From Raillietiella orientalis (Eukaryota): a DNA stretch of 64,000 bases. A program made the position numbers and the translations under genes. A model generated the notes under the pieces. The model did no database searches. It saw nothing but the letters and a program-made list of their open reading frames with translations, and was not told the DNA's origin. Each line of letters starts with the position of its first letter. The stretch's first letter is position 1. Of this stretch, positions 46,768 through 59,400 are shown piece after piece. The stretch lies in NCBI GenBank assembly GCA_036172245.1, contig JAYWIR010000049.1:1-64000 (forward strand), read 5' to 3'.

Positions 46768-49700
46768 TTATCACCCGGTCACGCCGGGGCGTTTATTAAT
46801 AATAATAAACTGGTCAGGGACAATGTCCCCAACCGAGAGAACGACAGAGAACATAGAAAAATTACCGGCACGCAGGCCTGGTAAACAAACCGCTCGCAGC
46901 GTGGGGGGAATGAGGGGAAACAAACAAAAATCAAAAACTGGAGGGAAGGGTAACGGGTTTTTGGTTAGGCTCCGTACTCACGGGGATTTATACGATGAAC
47001 ACCTAAAATGTTCCGGAGCCTATGGGGACGCGGGTGTAAAAAGAAAATACAAATTTAGTTTATGGAGGGTAGGGCAATGATCACCGTGTTGGCCGCTGCT
47101 CAGCGTGTGTAAACCGGCGGTGTATTGCGGCGAGATTCCTCTTTGTCTCCTCTGTCAAATGAGGCCATCTAGCGGATGCTCCCATGTAGAAGGATGCTTT
47201 GCTGATTACCTCTTGGTGCTGTCCGTTGATTACCAGCGCCTGGCGGACGGAAACTATCGCGCGTATGCTACCGATGGTTGCAATCCTTGCGCTCAGGGAG
47301 AGCCCGCTCGGAGTGAAGAATCGTCGCAGCAAGACTCTTGCGGTGTCCACGGGATGCATTAGTGCTGTTGCCAGCCTACTCCACAGTCCTTGTAGGACAC
47401 CGCAGTCCAGAAGTAGGTGCGGAATCGACTCCGTCGATCCGCACCGAACGCAGTTCGCAGACGCAAGTCCCCCGGAGACACGATGCCAACGCTCGGTGCA
47501 CTGAAAACCCCAGTGAACGAAAAGCAGCACGGCTTGTTTCCAAGCAAGGGGGAGCAGCGAACTGTCAATACACTGTGGAGGGACCACAAGTTCTTCGGGG
47601 GCGACAGCAAGTTCTTCTGCCCACCGGAGGAGTCCCTTTGCAGTAACACGAGGAGTGGCGGCGTCCGCCAACTTAGTCGTCTTCCAGGCGCCAAGCAGTT
47701 TGGTTTTTCCTGCTATCGTGCAGGAAACCTCCCATCTCGCCGGTTGGTAACTGTCGTTTCTTGCCCTGAGGGCAGACAGCGCCGCGGCAAGAGGCGTGGC
47801 AGCCAGGGTAGAAAACTTCACCTCGTCCTGCAGTACTTCTTCGAAGGATCGTGGAAAAAATTGGCGCAGGGGGCGAAGATCTTCAGGGCGTATTCCTTGG
47901 AACGCCGCCCAGGATTCAACAGACTCCTGCCGCCAAGCTTCAAAGTTCATTGGGCGGCAGGATATCCACGAGTGAGCTTCCAGAAGTACGGTCAACTGCT
48001 GCAATAGAAACCCGAAACCCCGCTTCCTGTATTGAGTGCCCGGCAAAAGCGAGAGAAATCCTCCGCTGCCGGCGCATCTCCGTAGGAGAATGCGGGCTGG
48101 CACACACAGGGAAGATGTCCATAGCTGGGCACACAGTGCCAGCAGTCGGAACTGCATCTGCGGTCCGATTCGTTCCATTGTCAATATACCCATACCAGCA
48201 TCCCGACGCGGAGCTAACACATCTTTAAGGCGCATCCTGGATCTCGCCGGACCCCAGAGAGCGTTCCTGTGCAGGAGTTTAGCCCGCTGTTTTGCCGCAT
48301 AGGGGACGTCCATAACAAAAAACAGGGGACGGAGGAGGAGGGCCACAAAGGTGTTGCAAATAGTCTTCCGTTCCTGCAAGGTAAAATTGCCGTTAAAGAA
48401 CGGGCTGATGGCCAACTCTGCTTTCTGAAGACAGCCCGCCCACGCTTCGGCTGCGCCGAAAGCGTCCAAAAAAACGACAAGGTACTTAAAGTACCCGCCT
48501 GTGGGGATCCCCAGGCGGATCCGGTCGGACTGCCCCTCCCTCGACGCACCCACAAGAGCGAACACGCTCTTCTCTCTGTTCACGCTCACGCCCGCTCCCC
48601 GACGAATCAGGTCGAAGAAATTCTCGACACAGAACGCCGGGGTGGACATGGGGAGCAGAAGAAGCAGGTCATCAGCGTTTGCGGCCACGGCAGGCGTTAC
48701 CGGGCAGGAGCTTGGCAAGTGAGACAGTGTCAGCCTGTATGCTCTAAGCACCAGCTCAAAGAATATGCTGAAGAGCAACGGGGTTAAGTTGTCGCCCTGT
48801 CGGATGCCCCTACGCACGGGGATACCATACACTCGGCAGCCGCTGAAAGTGATGCAGGTTAGCGCGTGGCGCAAGCACGCGCGCAAATACAGCAGGAGTT
48901 GCGCCGGGAACCCAAGGCGTTCCATAAGCTCCAAAATAAGCTTCTGGTTTAAGGAGTCGAACGCCTTGTGGAGATCGACCGCGACCGCTAAGGCACCTGG
49001 CGTTCCCTCGTACCGTCGGCGCCTGTTCTTCTTGCCTGCGGCAGTGACTTTCTCAGCAGCCTGGCTTTGCTGCGCCACAACTTCCTGCAGCTGCTTTCAT
49101 GAACGCGCGAAAAGGATGTTCGCCTCCATGGATCGTCCCGGAACCGCGTAGGTTTGTTCCGGACTCACCACAGATTCCGCGAAACATCCTAGCCGCGCGA
49201 CCCACAGCTTGGAAAAGAACTTGACGTTTGAGTTAATCAAGGTAATCGGACGCCAGTTGTTTAGCTGACGCAAGTCTCCGCCTTTCGGCAGGAGACGCAC
49301 CTTCGCTGAGCGGAAGAAATCCGGGACATTCCCGGATTCACTCATCAGCGTCGCGAGTCTCAGCATCAAGGGAATAAGCTCCACGTCAAAGCGCTGATAA
49401 AACTCTCCAGGGAGTCCATCCTCGCCTGGCGCCTTTCGTCTCTTCAGCCCAGCGATGGCGGACGAAAATTCATCCGCCGTGAAGGGCTCGTTGAGACGTA
49501 CGCCATCCTCCTCGCCGACAACACGAGCATCCTGAGACAGGAGTATCTCAGAGAGAATATCCTCCGTCGGGGATTATGCGTACAGCGAGGAGTAGTAGCG
49601 TCTCACAATGCGGCGTACTTCGGCTGGGGCCGAACATTCCTGGCCCTTGCCGTCCAACAGGCATGCTGCTCCGGACTGCTAGACCTGGCCCTTGGCCCTC

Positions 49701-52657
49701 GCCTTGTACTCCGCTAGACGCCCGACATCCACGCGTCTCGAAAACGTGCGGACCTGCACAGAGTCTCTACTGTCGGCCACGACCTCTCCGAAACCGCGTG
49801 GAAGCCGGTGCAAGGGGAATTGGCGGCAGAACTCGCGGACAGATCTTTTGAGATCGTCCCAGTCCACAAGTTCTTGAATGGCAAAGCCTCGGAGGTGTCC
49901 ACGTAGATGCTCCGCAGCCTCCGGTTGGCTAAGCCAATCCGCCTGCATCCTCCAGTTTTGCAACGGAGGCCCCCTGCCTGGCGGAAGGATCTCAAACACC
50001 AACCTGTTGTGGTCAGAAAGCCTAGTCAAAAATCTTCCTCTCCTACCCACACGCGAATGCAGGTTTTCATCGAGTAAAACGTGATCGAGCGATATTTACT
50101 TCCCAGGTTCTTTGGCCATCAAGTTGGCGGCGTGCACGGACGCCCACATCTCGATAAGCAGCGCGCGCTCCCTCGGGCGGCTCCAATCGTCGGAGAGCAG
50201 GCGGACGTTGAAGTCCCCAGCGACGAGAGGCGCCACTTGGAAGCCGGAGTTGTTGAACCAGTGGCTCTGCACCTCACCGAAGGAAGGTACTCTTTCTTCG
50301 AGGTAAAGAGAGCCACTCGGCGCGTAGACGTTCGTAACGACGAGATCGATGGACTCGGACCACTTGATGACAAGCTGGCCTATCCGTCCGTCGTCGTCGA
50401 AACGAACACTACGCACTGCTTTCGCCATTTTTCCTCTTACGAGGAACGCGACGCCGCACGTGTTTGCTCCGCCGCACCGCCAATGTAGCATTCCGCCTGC
50501 GCTCTAGTCGATTTCGGAAATTACGTGAATCTCCTGCAGGAGCACGAGGTCGAAGGGGCGCAGTGCGTTGGCTACTTATCGCCTCTTCTCGTCGTTCTGT
50601 AGTCCGTTCACGTTCCAACACGTTACGGACAGACGACGAAAAGACGCGATTCCCCGCACTACTGTTGGGAAGGTGGCGGCTTTTCGCTCCCTTTATCCGG
50701 CGAGCAGACGGCGAGCAGCACGACTGGCTGGAGAAGACGGTCGCCACCTTCCTCCGTCGTGCTGCATGCATGTAATACCTCCACGCGAGGCTTAACCCCG
50801 TCGGGTTTCGTGTACACTTCGCGTTGCTTCGCGGCGAGCGTTGCCTGGCTGCTTACTTTCGATCGGCGCGCACACGCTTTTGAACGAGTTGTCCTCGTCT
50901 CGGTGATCGGAAGGGCATCCATTTCGGAGTCCGACCGGCGCATGTTCGATCGGGTTTCGGCCTTCCGCGAAGCAGTGACAGGTTCTGCTGGATTGACAGC
51001 TGTCCTGTTTTCGTTTTCCGTCACCAGAGCATCGCTTTTGGTGACGGCTGCTTTCCCGGCGCGCGCGTTCTCAGCGTGCTCACGCGCAGTTGCACGAGGG
51101 ACCTTTGCTGTAGTCTTCTTTACTTCATTACGGTTCCTCACTTCGCGTGGCGCCGAAAATGGAGATTGTGCTCCATTGCCATCTTTGAAGCCATCCGCGT
51201 CTTTGGACGGGAGCACTTTCGATGGCTCCGACACAATCGTCATGTACGCTGCCTTCGGGAGGGCTTTTAATCCCTTCGTTGGCATGGCATCCGCGCCAGT
51301 CTAGAGCTTGCTCTCCGACTGCGACGGCGTGAGATTTTTCTCCGCTTTCGCGGTGTTGGATTCCGACGCGAATTCTTTTTGCCGACTTTCGAAGTCGACA
51401 CGGCACAAACCTTCTTAGCCGATTTCAGCTTCTCAGCCACTGCAGGAGGTGAAGGAATGGATCTGACGGTACTGGAAGTGTCCTTACCGCCGTTGTCCAT
51501 TGGCGTCGCCGCCGGTTGCTCGAACTCCGAGAGGGCTGGGCGTGCTTGGGAGGGACAGCTATTGCGCCTAGGGGGACTTACCATTGCCCCGGATTCCCCG
51601 CACTCTTTCTTTTGCGGCTTCCCTGCCGCGAGCAGGGGCGCGCAGGGCTTCGCGTGCGAGGTTTCCTGCTGCTTTGGGGCGACATTCCGCCTCGCGTTTT
51701 TACGGAATTTCTGCCTTGGGGTCTCTAGGTTTTTCGCAGATTTTTTCTTTTTATCCGCGCTTTGTTTTTTAAGATGGAGCTCCGCGGCTGCCTTTCTCCG
51801 CAAAAGATCCGGGCAATTTTTCAATTGGTGCCCGGATAGTTTGCAATAACGGCATTTTCCAGAGGGGCATTTATCCAAACAATGCCCCTCCTTCCCGCCT
51901 TGCTCGCACGTTCTTTTTTGCCCACGTACCACAGGTGAACGATTGTGTCTTTCACCTGTAGTTTGGTGGGCAGCAGACGGCGGTCCGGCATTGTAAGCCG
52001 GACTCCAGCGACTCCGCTGTGTATGGACGGGAAGTCCTTGAGGTTGCTACGCACCCTCCACAGCGCATGGACCGTGGCGAATTTCGCCAACGCGTTTCGA
52101 ATATCAATATCCGAGATTTCCGACTCGATGTCGAAAATCTCCGCCACAAATGAGTCGTTCATGGCGGCCGGGAAGACCTACTGGCCACGGATCGACAACG
52201 GGGTGCTCAACAAGCGTTGCACAAGTGCAGCGTCTTTGCAACGCACCTTGAATTAGCCCATAGCCTTTACGGGCATAATGGCGAGGATGTCCTCCTCCCG
52301 CACGCGAACACGGGTCAGTTCATCGTTGAACTGATTCCCGTCGCGCGCAGAAAGAAAACCACTCACCTTATATCGGAGAGCAGGTCTATAGCCTTGGGCT
52401 ACGTATGCTCGCAACTCCGACTCGTCGAGTGGTTTCCCTTTGACAGCTGCTGTGGCAGCAACGTCAGGAAAACTCGTCTCCATTTGCGAGAAAGACGAAG
52501 TGGAGGCGGCCGTCGGTTCCGCGATTGCAGATCCAGATGCTGTTCCTCTAACTACAGTAGCTTACTGTTGGGTCGACATCGTCGTCAAAATGTACGACAC
52601 CAAGATAAAGCGGATGAAAGGACGGAGACGACAGCGAAGAAAAACACGTCCGCACTC
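46768..52657 (-). mobile_element. Element M: full-length degenerate copy (about 5.89 kb, NADD in place of YADD) with a 9-bp TSD
   Basis: gattgaaat at 46759-46767 and 52658-52666; GCGGACGTG near the 5' end; ORF1 knuckles; EN; RT ORF 47081-49078. Confidence 0.93.
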
Positions 52658-54964
52658 GATTGAAATCTCCCGTTATCAGCTGAGCGTTCCGCACGTTCGT
52701 GTCTGCCAGCCAGTCACGCTTCAGGGATTCCAGCAAGCTGGTGCGGTCGCTGTATCTCTGTTTACCGCTGGGTGTGTACACATTCGTGACGATCAGTTCG
52801 AGCGAGTCGGACCAGCTGAGAATCAGCTGACCGACCCGAACGTCGTCATCGAAGCGCACGCCCTTCACGGCAGCGTCAATGGCCGGCTTCACGAAGAACG
52901 CGACCCCGTAGGTGTTGCGGAGGCCGCACCGCCAATACAACCGGCCCCCCGCGATCGTCTCGATCTCCTGGGCGTCTGCCGCGGTGATTACGTGGATCTC
53001 CTGCAGCAGGGCCAGGTCGAGCTCACGCAGGGTGTCGGCCGTATCTCGCCTGTTACTGTCGTCGCACAGCCCGTTGACGTTCCAACAGGCGGCGCGAATC
53101 CGACGGCGACTGGCGAGCCCAGGTTTTACTTCTGGCAAGATGGCGATGCGGCGTCCGCCACCTGTTGGGGCGGGATGCTAGGTGGAGGAGAAGGGCCAGG
53201 CGCTGCGTGCACCTGGTTCCCCTCCTTCATGGGTAACGGTGCGTCGAGCGGGTCACCCTCAGGTGGGGTCGCGCCCACCTGTTGGCCCTCCTCCATGTGG
53301 GTGTGCTGTTCAGCCTCGGCGACTGCATGGAGAACTTCGCCCCCCTGCTCACCCTCCTCCATGGGGGTGGCCGGCTCGACGGCTTCCGAGCGTGTGAGTT
53401 CCCCCTCCGGGATTCCCACGCTACCGCTACCTTCCTACTTCTCCTCCTCGTTGGTGGAGGGGAGGCGCCTCTTGGGTTTCTGGGACTTGCGTCCCGACAG
53501 TCCTGGGGGATGCCTCCGAGGAGGAGAATGCGCTTCCGGTTCCCAGGTCCAACTCACCTGTGGGGGCCTTTTTCGCGGGAGCCGGCCTTGGTACGGCCTT
53601 GCGCGATGGGTTCTCACGCGTGGCCAGCGTGGCCGCGAGCTCCTCCGCCGCCTGAGCGAACGCGGCGTCCTCGGCTTCGACCGTCGCTATTTCGCGCGGC
53701 TCACCCTCTGTGTATACAGAGGGTTCGCCGTCGCGAACCTCGGGCGCGGCGGAGACTGCGAGGGAAGGCTCGTCGCCCCGGGTGGCATCTACAAGAACGA
53801 CGATACGTTCCAATGCAACCGTGCACTCCCGTAAGGTTTTCGAACGCGGCGCAGGTTTTTTTGCCTTACCGGCTGACTTTTCTTTCTTCTCCTTCAAAGG
53901 AGCTTTTTTCTCTTTTCTGGCTGCTACAAGTTGCCAGCCCTCTTCACCTTCCGCCACTTGGGAAGGTTTATCATCCGTCTTTTCTTTTGGAGATTGAGGA
54001 TCTGGTAGCTTCTGCCGGCCAGCGTCCGCCTTAGGTGTTGTGACCTTTACTGTGCGTTTTCCCTGCGCCTTTTTCGCGGCAGGAGGAACCAGTGTGGGGC
54101 GTTTGGGGCACACACGTCGAACGTGGCTCTTCTCCCCGCTCATGTGGCATTGGATGTTAGGACACCTCTTGCGAAGGTGTCCTGCGGGATCGCAGTAGCC
54201 GCAATACCGGGGCTTTCCCACGTACCAGAGGTCCACGCTCTCTTGCGCAACCTCCAGATTGTGGGGAAGCCCACAATCCTTATTCACGGTTACCCGCGCT
54301 GCAGCCTGGCCTTCGAAATGGCTATTAAAGCCTTCGAAGATTGTTGGCTTAGGCCAAGCGCGTGCACCTCGCCGAACTTTCGAAGTTCTTGTGCTACCGC
54401 AGAGCAAGTCATGCGGCTCCTGATTCCAGTGAGATGCTACACCACGGAGCGGTCCATCGTCACCGGCAAGATCTTGCGGCCGTCGACGTTCAACGGGTTG
54501 CTGATCAGACTCTCAACCAAGGTGATATCCTTGCACACCACCTCGACTCGCTGACCTCCGCTGAGAACGGACAGGCCGTAAAGATCTTGTTCTTTTACTC
54601 CGGCGTTTTGCAGCGCTTTCGAAAACGCGCGTGCCGTTTTTCCATTAAATAAGCAACCTACCTGGTACACCAAGCTTAGCTTGTACCCAGCTGCCCGGTA
54701 GACCGCCATTTCTGCCATGGTTTCCGCGCTCAGCGCGGCCACCATGGCGCTGCAGCTCCTCGCCTTGGGCGGCAAGGGCGATTCCAGGGCGGACGCTTCT
54801 GATTCTGTAAGCTGTAAGGGTGAGCAAGCCTCTTCCACACCTACCTGCATCGTAGTGACCTCAGGCATCGCTGCCATCGGACACCAACGATGTTCCACAC
54901 CAAACAACACAAGAAAAAACCGCTTCCTCTCGACTCACTGAAGAGCGAAGGAAAAACACGTCCA
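52658..54964 (-). mobile_element. Element L, 5' segment: 5' end, ORF1 and EN N-terminus
   Basis: Inverted homologue of 25040-27350; resumes at 46767. Confidence 0.92.
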
Positions 54965-56477
54965 CCACCTAGCGTCCCGTTCCAACTGGTGGCGGACGCC
55001 GCATCACCATCTTCCCAGGAGTAACACCTGGGCTCGCCAGTCGCCGTCCGATTCGCGCCGCCTGTTGGAACGTCAGCGCGCTGCGCGACGACGCTAACAG
55101 GCGAAATACGGCCGACACCCTGCGTGAGCTCGACCTGGCCCTGCTGCAGGAGATCCACGTGATCACCGCGGCAGACGCCCAGGACATCGAGACGATCGCG
55201 GGGGGTCGGTTGTATTGGCGATGCGGCCTATGCAACACCTGCGGGAACGCGTTCGTTGTGAAGCCGGCCATCGACGCTGCCGTGAAGGCGTGCGCTTCGA
55301 TGACGACGGTCGGGTCGGTCAACTGATTCTCAGCTTTTCCGACTTGATCGAACTGATCGTCACGAATGTGTACGCTCCAAGCGGTAAACAGGGATACAGC
55401 GACCGCACCAGCCTGCTGGAATCCCTGAAGCGCGACTGGCTGGCGGACACGAACGTGCGGAAGGCTCACCTGATAGCGGGAGATTTGAATCTCCGTCTGC
55501 TAACAGGTGAGCCAGAAACACAAGAGAACGCGATGTACGAGTTGTGCGCCGCCATGCGTGCGCGCAACTTGTTCGCGGGTAAGAGGGGAATGGTCCGCAG
55601 CATCGACCACGTCTTCCTCGACGCTGACCTGTGTTCACGGGTCGGCAAACGGGGGAGGGTTGCGTCGACGTTGTCGGACCATTCCCGGTTAATTTTCGAG
55701 ATGCGACCTCGTGACAAGGGACCGCCATCCAGGGATTGGCGTCTGCCGTGGGACTGGACGCGACTCTCCGGAGCGAAGGAACACCTTCGCGAATACCTGA
55801 GAGGGGTCACGCTCCGGAATCTCCAGGACTGGGACCTTTTTAAGGAATCGGTCCGCGAGTTCTGTGAGCAGTTCCCCCTGGATCGCCTGCCTTCCGGATT
55901 CGGCAAGGGTGCTCGCAACCATCAGCCTATTTACAGGCTCGTAGGTATGAGAGAACCCCTAATGTCCGTCGCCTGGCCGAGTACCGCGCCGGGGCCGAAC
56001 GCCAAGCCTGGCAATCCGGGTCGGCCAGCTTGTTGGACGACCAGGGCCGGGAATGTTCGTCCCCGGCGTCGGTACGGCATCTAGTGCGGAGTTTTCATTC
56101 CTCCCTTTACACCAGGGAGCCCCCGGATCAAAGCGTCTTTTGGGGCTTGCTTCCGGATGGCGCTTCGCCAATAGGGGAGGAGGAGATGGAAAGCCTCGAA
56201 GAGCCTTTTACCACCGGCGAAATTCTCGCCGGTATCAAAAGGTTCAAGAGGCGTAAAGCTCTAGGGGAAGACGGCTTGCCCGCGGAGTGCTTTCGAAGCT
56301 TTGCGGAAGAGCTGGCACCCCTGCTGCTTAAGTTGATCAGGCTGATCCGAGACGAAGGCGATGTTCCCGCCGAGTTTCGGTCAGCCAGAGTGAGGCTCCT
56401 TCCGAAAGGGGGAGACCTCAGGAATTTAAACAACTGGCGTCCGATCACGATCGTGAAAACGGACGCTAAGTTGATAG
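54965..56477 (+). mobile_element. Element N (family G), 5'-truncated, segment 1: EN plus linker
   Basis: Matches 26821-28335. Confidence 0.92.
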
Positions 56478-59400
56478 TTGCCACCCGGTCACGCCGGGGC
56501 GTTTATTAAAACTTCTCTTTGATTCGTGGTACGAGGCCCCACTACGGCCAACTCAACTGGACCTGCCGGGTCGCCGGTACGCAGACCGGCGCGACTCTCC
56601 TCGGTAGCGGAAGGGGGTGGGGGAAAAAACAAAAAGAAAAATAAAACATAAATACAAAAAGATTTGGGTGGGTTGGGGAGGGATCACTGACCACTGAGAG
56701 GAGGGTCCATCCTTCGCAGGATGCCCTCCAGGTCCGTCCGTATAATCTCCAGGTGGGGCCATCTGGTCACAATCCGCAGGTAGCGGACTGCAAGTACGAC
56801 AGCATCCCTGTCGTGATTCGGTCTTCCGACGTTGCTCCAGCGCGTCACAATCCCGCGTACGCAGCAATGTGCAGCCAGGGTAGCGGCTGGACGCAGGGCA
56901 TCATGCACGAACAGAAGCCGAAAAACGTCTCTGGCCTGGCTGCCCTCCTGGATCCGTAGGGAGGCACGAAGGCGTTCCCACAGGGGTCGGAGGGCAGCAC
57001 AATCAACAAGGAGGTGGGGGAGGGTATCTTGTTCCTCACACCTGATGCAGGTAGGATCTACTCGACCCCTGGTCAAGTGGTGGCGGCGTGCGTTGCAGGG
57101 TAGACCCCAATGCAACAACAGAAGCGCCGACTCCTGCCACTTCAGGGGGAGGATCTTAGAACCAATTAATACCGGGGGCCACTTCAGGTCATCCGGCTGG
57201 ATGCCGAGTAGCTCGCCCCATCTCTGCAGTCCTCTCGGCTGGACACTAGGGGTACTGGCATCCGCCAGTTCACCCGTGGACCAGCCGCTGATCAACTTCT
57301 TGCCTGCGATGCGGCAGGAGACTTGCCACCTAGGCTTGCGGCTGCTGGAGAGCGCCCTCCTCAGGAAGGGCATCGCCGTAGATAGGGGGGTTGTCTCTGC
57401 CCACGTGCTTCTCCCGGGACACTGGAGTATCTTCCGCAGAGTGCAGCTGGAATAGGCGCCGCGTCGCAGGCAGTTCCACAGCTCTTCATTCTTTTCATTA
57501 ATCTTCGCCCACGTGCCAGCTGTCTCCTCCAGCCATGCGGAGGAGTTGGCGGGGCTGCATTCCATCCAGCCGTTTTCCTTTGCCAGGGTTGCTATCCGTC
57601 CCAGGAGGAGTCCGCATCTCTTGATCTTCGAGCCGCGGCACAGAAGATGAGACGCGAGACCCTCCGTTCCGGATACTCGGCTGGCAAGGACTCGGGCCGG
57701 AACGCACCATGGGGTGCTCCATAACTTCTCTGCGATGGCCAGGGTGCGCCATCGCAGCTGGATTTCTACTCTCTCCACCGTCAAGAGGCCCAGACCGCCA
57801 TCCCGACGTGGAGCACACAAGTCCATCAACTGGACTCGGGGCCTCCCTTTTCCACAAAGGGCAATCCTCAGGAGGTCCTTTGTCCTTTTCTTCATGTCTC
57901 TGGGGACGGGACAAACAAAAAGCAGGGGGCGGAGAATGGGAGCCGCAAAGGAGTTCCACACCGCGGCCCGTTCCGGAAGCAGGAACTTGTCTTCCAAGAA
58001 CGGGCCGATCGCCGTTTTTACTTTTTGGAGGCAGCCGGACCACGCATCCGAAGGCGAGTAATCCCCCAACGGCACACCGAGGTACTTCAAGCACCTCGCC
58101 GAGGGGATCCGCAAACGGACCCAGTCCTGCTGTCCAGCCCACGTCGCACCGACTGGCACCACCGACGACTTCGTCTTGTTAACCTGCAGTCCGGTTCCGC
58201 GGTTAAGCAGGTCGAAGAAATCCTCGACTGCCTTTGCCGGGGTGGACATCGGCAACAAGAGCAGAAGATCGTCGGCGTACGCTGCTACGGCGGGCGTGCC
58301 GGGGCACGAGCTCGGCAAGGGGGCCAACGTCACCCTATACGCTCTCAGCACCAAATCAAAGTAGGTGCTAAAGAGCAGGGGACTGAGGCTGTCACCCTGC
58401 CGTATGCCCCGCCGTACCGGCACGCCGTACGCCATTTGACCTCTGAAAGAGATTTTGATCAGCGCGCTGCGCCAGCAAGAGCGCAGGTAGGTCAGTAGGG
58501 AGGGTGGGAAGCCCATGCGTCCCAGGAGCTCCAGCAGCTGATCCAGGTCCACGCAGTCAAACACTTTATGCAGATCAACTGCGATCGCTAAGGCTCCCTT
58601 CCCCACCTGGGAGTCCCGTCCCTGCCCGGCTGACGCCCCCAAAGCGGGGCTGCCAATCATTCCCTCTTGCTTTTCTTCACTACTCTGCACATGAAACCAT
58701 GTGCTCGCAAAGAAGAGGTTGGCCTCCATACTTCGCTCGGGAACAGCGTAATTCTGCTCCGGGCTAATTATGGAATTGGCCACCTGCCCCAGGCGCGAAG
58801 CCCACAGTCCGGCGATCAACTTGGCGTCCGTGTTCACAATTGTGATCGGACGCCAGTTGCTGAGTTTCCTGAGGTCTCCTCCTTTCGGAAGGAGCTTCAC
58901 TCCTGCTGACCGAAACGAGGCGGGTACATCGCCTTCATCTCGGATCAGCCTTGTCAACTCTGCCGCGAAGCATTGAAAAAACTCCGCAGGCAGTCCGTCC
59001 TCCCCTGGTGCTTTCCGCCTCTTGAGCCTTTTGATACCGGCGAGAATTTCGCCGGTGGTAAAAGGCTAGTCGAGGCTTTTCTTCTTCTCCTCCACTATTG
59101 CCGGGGCACCGTTAGGAAGCAAGCGCCGAGAGGCATCTTGGTCCGGGGGCGCCCTGGCGTAAAGGGAGGAATAATAACGCCGCACGAGGTGCCGTATTCT
59201 AGCCGGAGCCGAGTGCTCCCGGCCCTGGTCGTCCAGCAAGCTGGCCGATCCGGATTGCCAGGCTTGACGTTCGGCCCCGGCTCGGTACTCTGCCAGGCGA
59301 CGGACATTGGGGGTCCTCTCGTACCGGCGGGCCTGTAAATAGGCCCTATGGTTCCGAGCCCCCTCCCCAAATCCGGAAGGCAGGCGGTGCAGGGGGAACT

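Noticed and set aside
48670..48690. NADD (M) and FADD (H) as functional RT variants
   Set aside because: Each is a single-nucleotide change in a copy with many other lesions, and D1, which matches H from this motif onward, has YADD.
52658..56477. Twin-priming 5' inversion at the head-to-head L/N junction (54964)
   Set aside because: L continues through a whole ORF2 to its own 3' end and overlaps N in sequence, so two separate G copies is the simpler explanation.
56684..58957. An intact, active element
   Set aside because: Even the best copies (O, G1, L) have frameshifts or stops in both ORF1 and ORF2. Some could be sequencing indels, but I cannot tell from the sequence alone.
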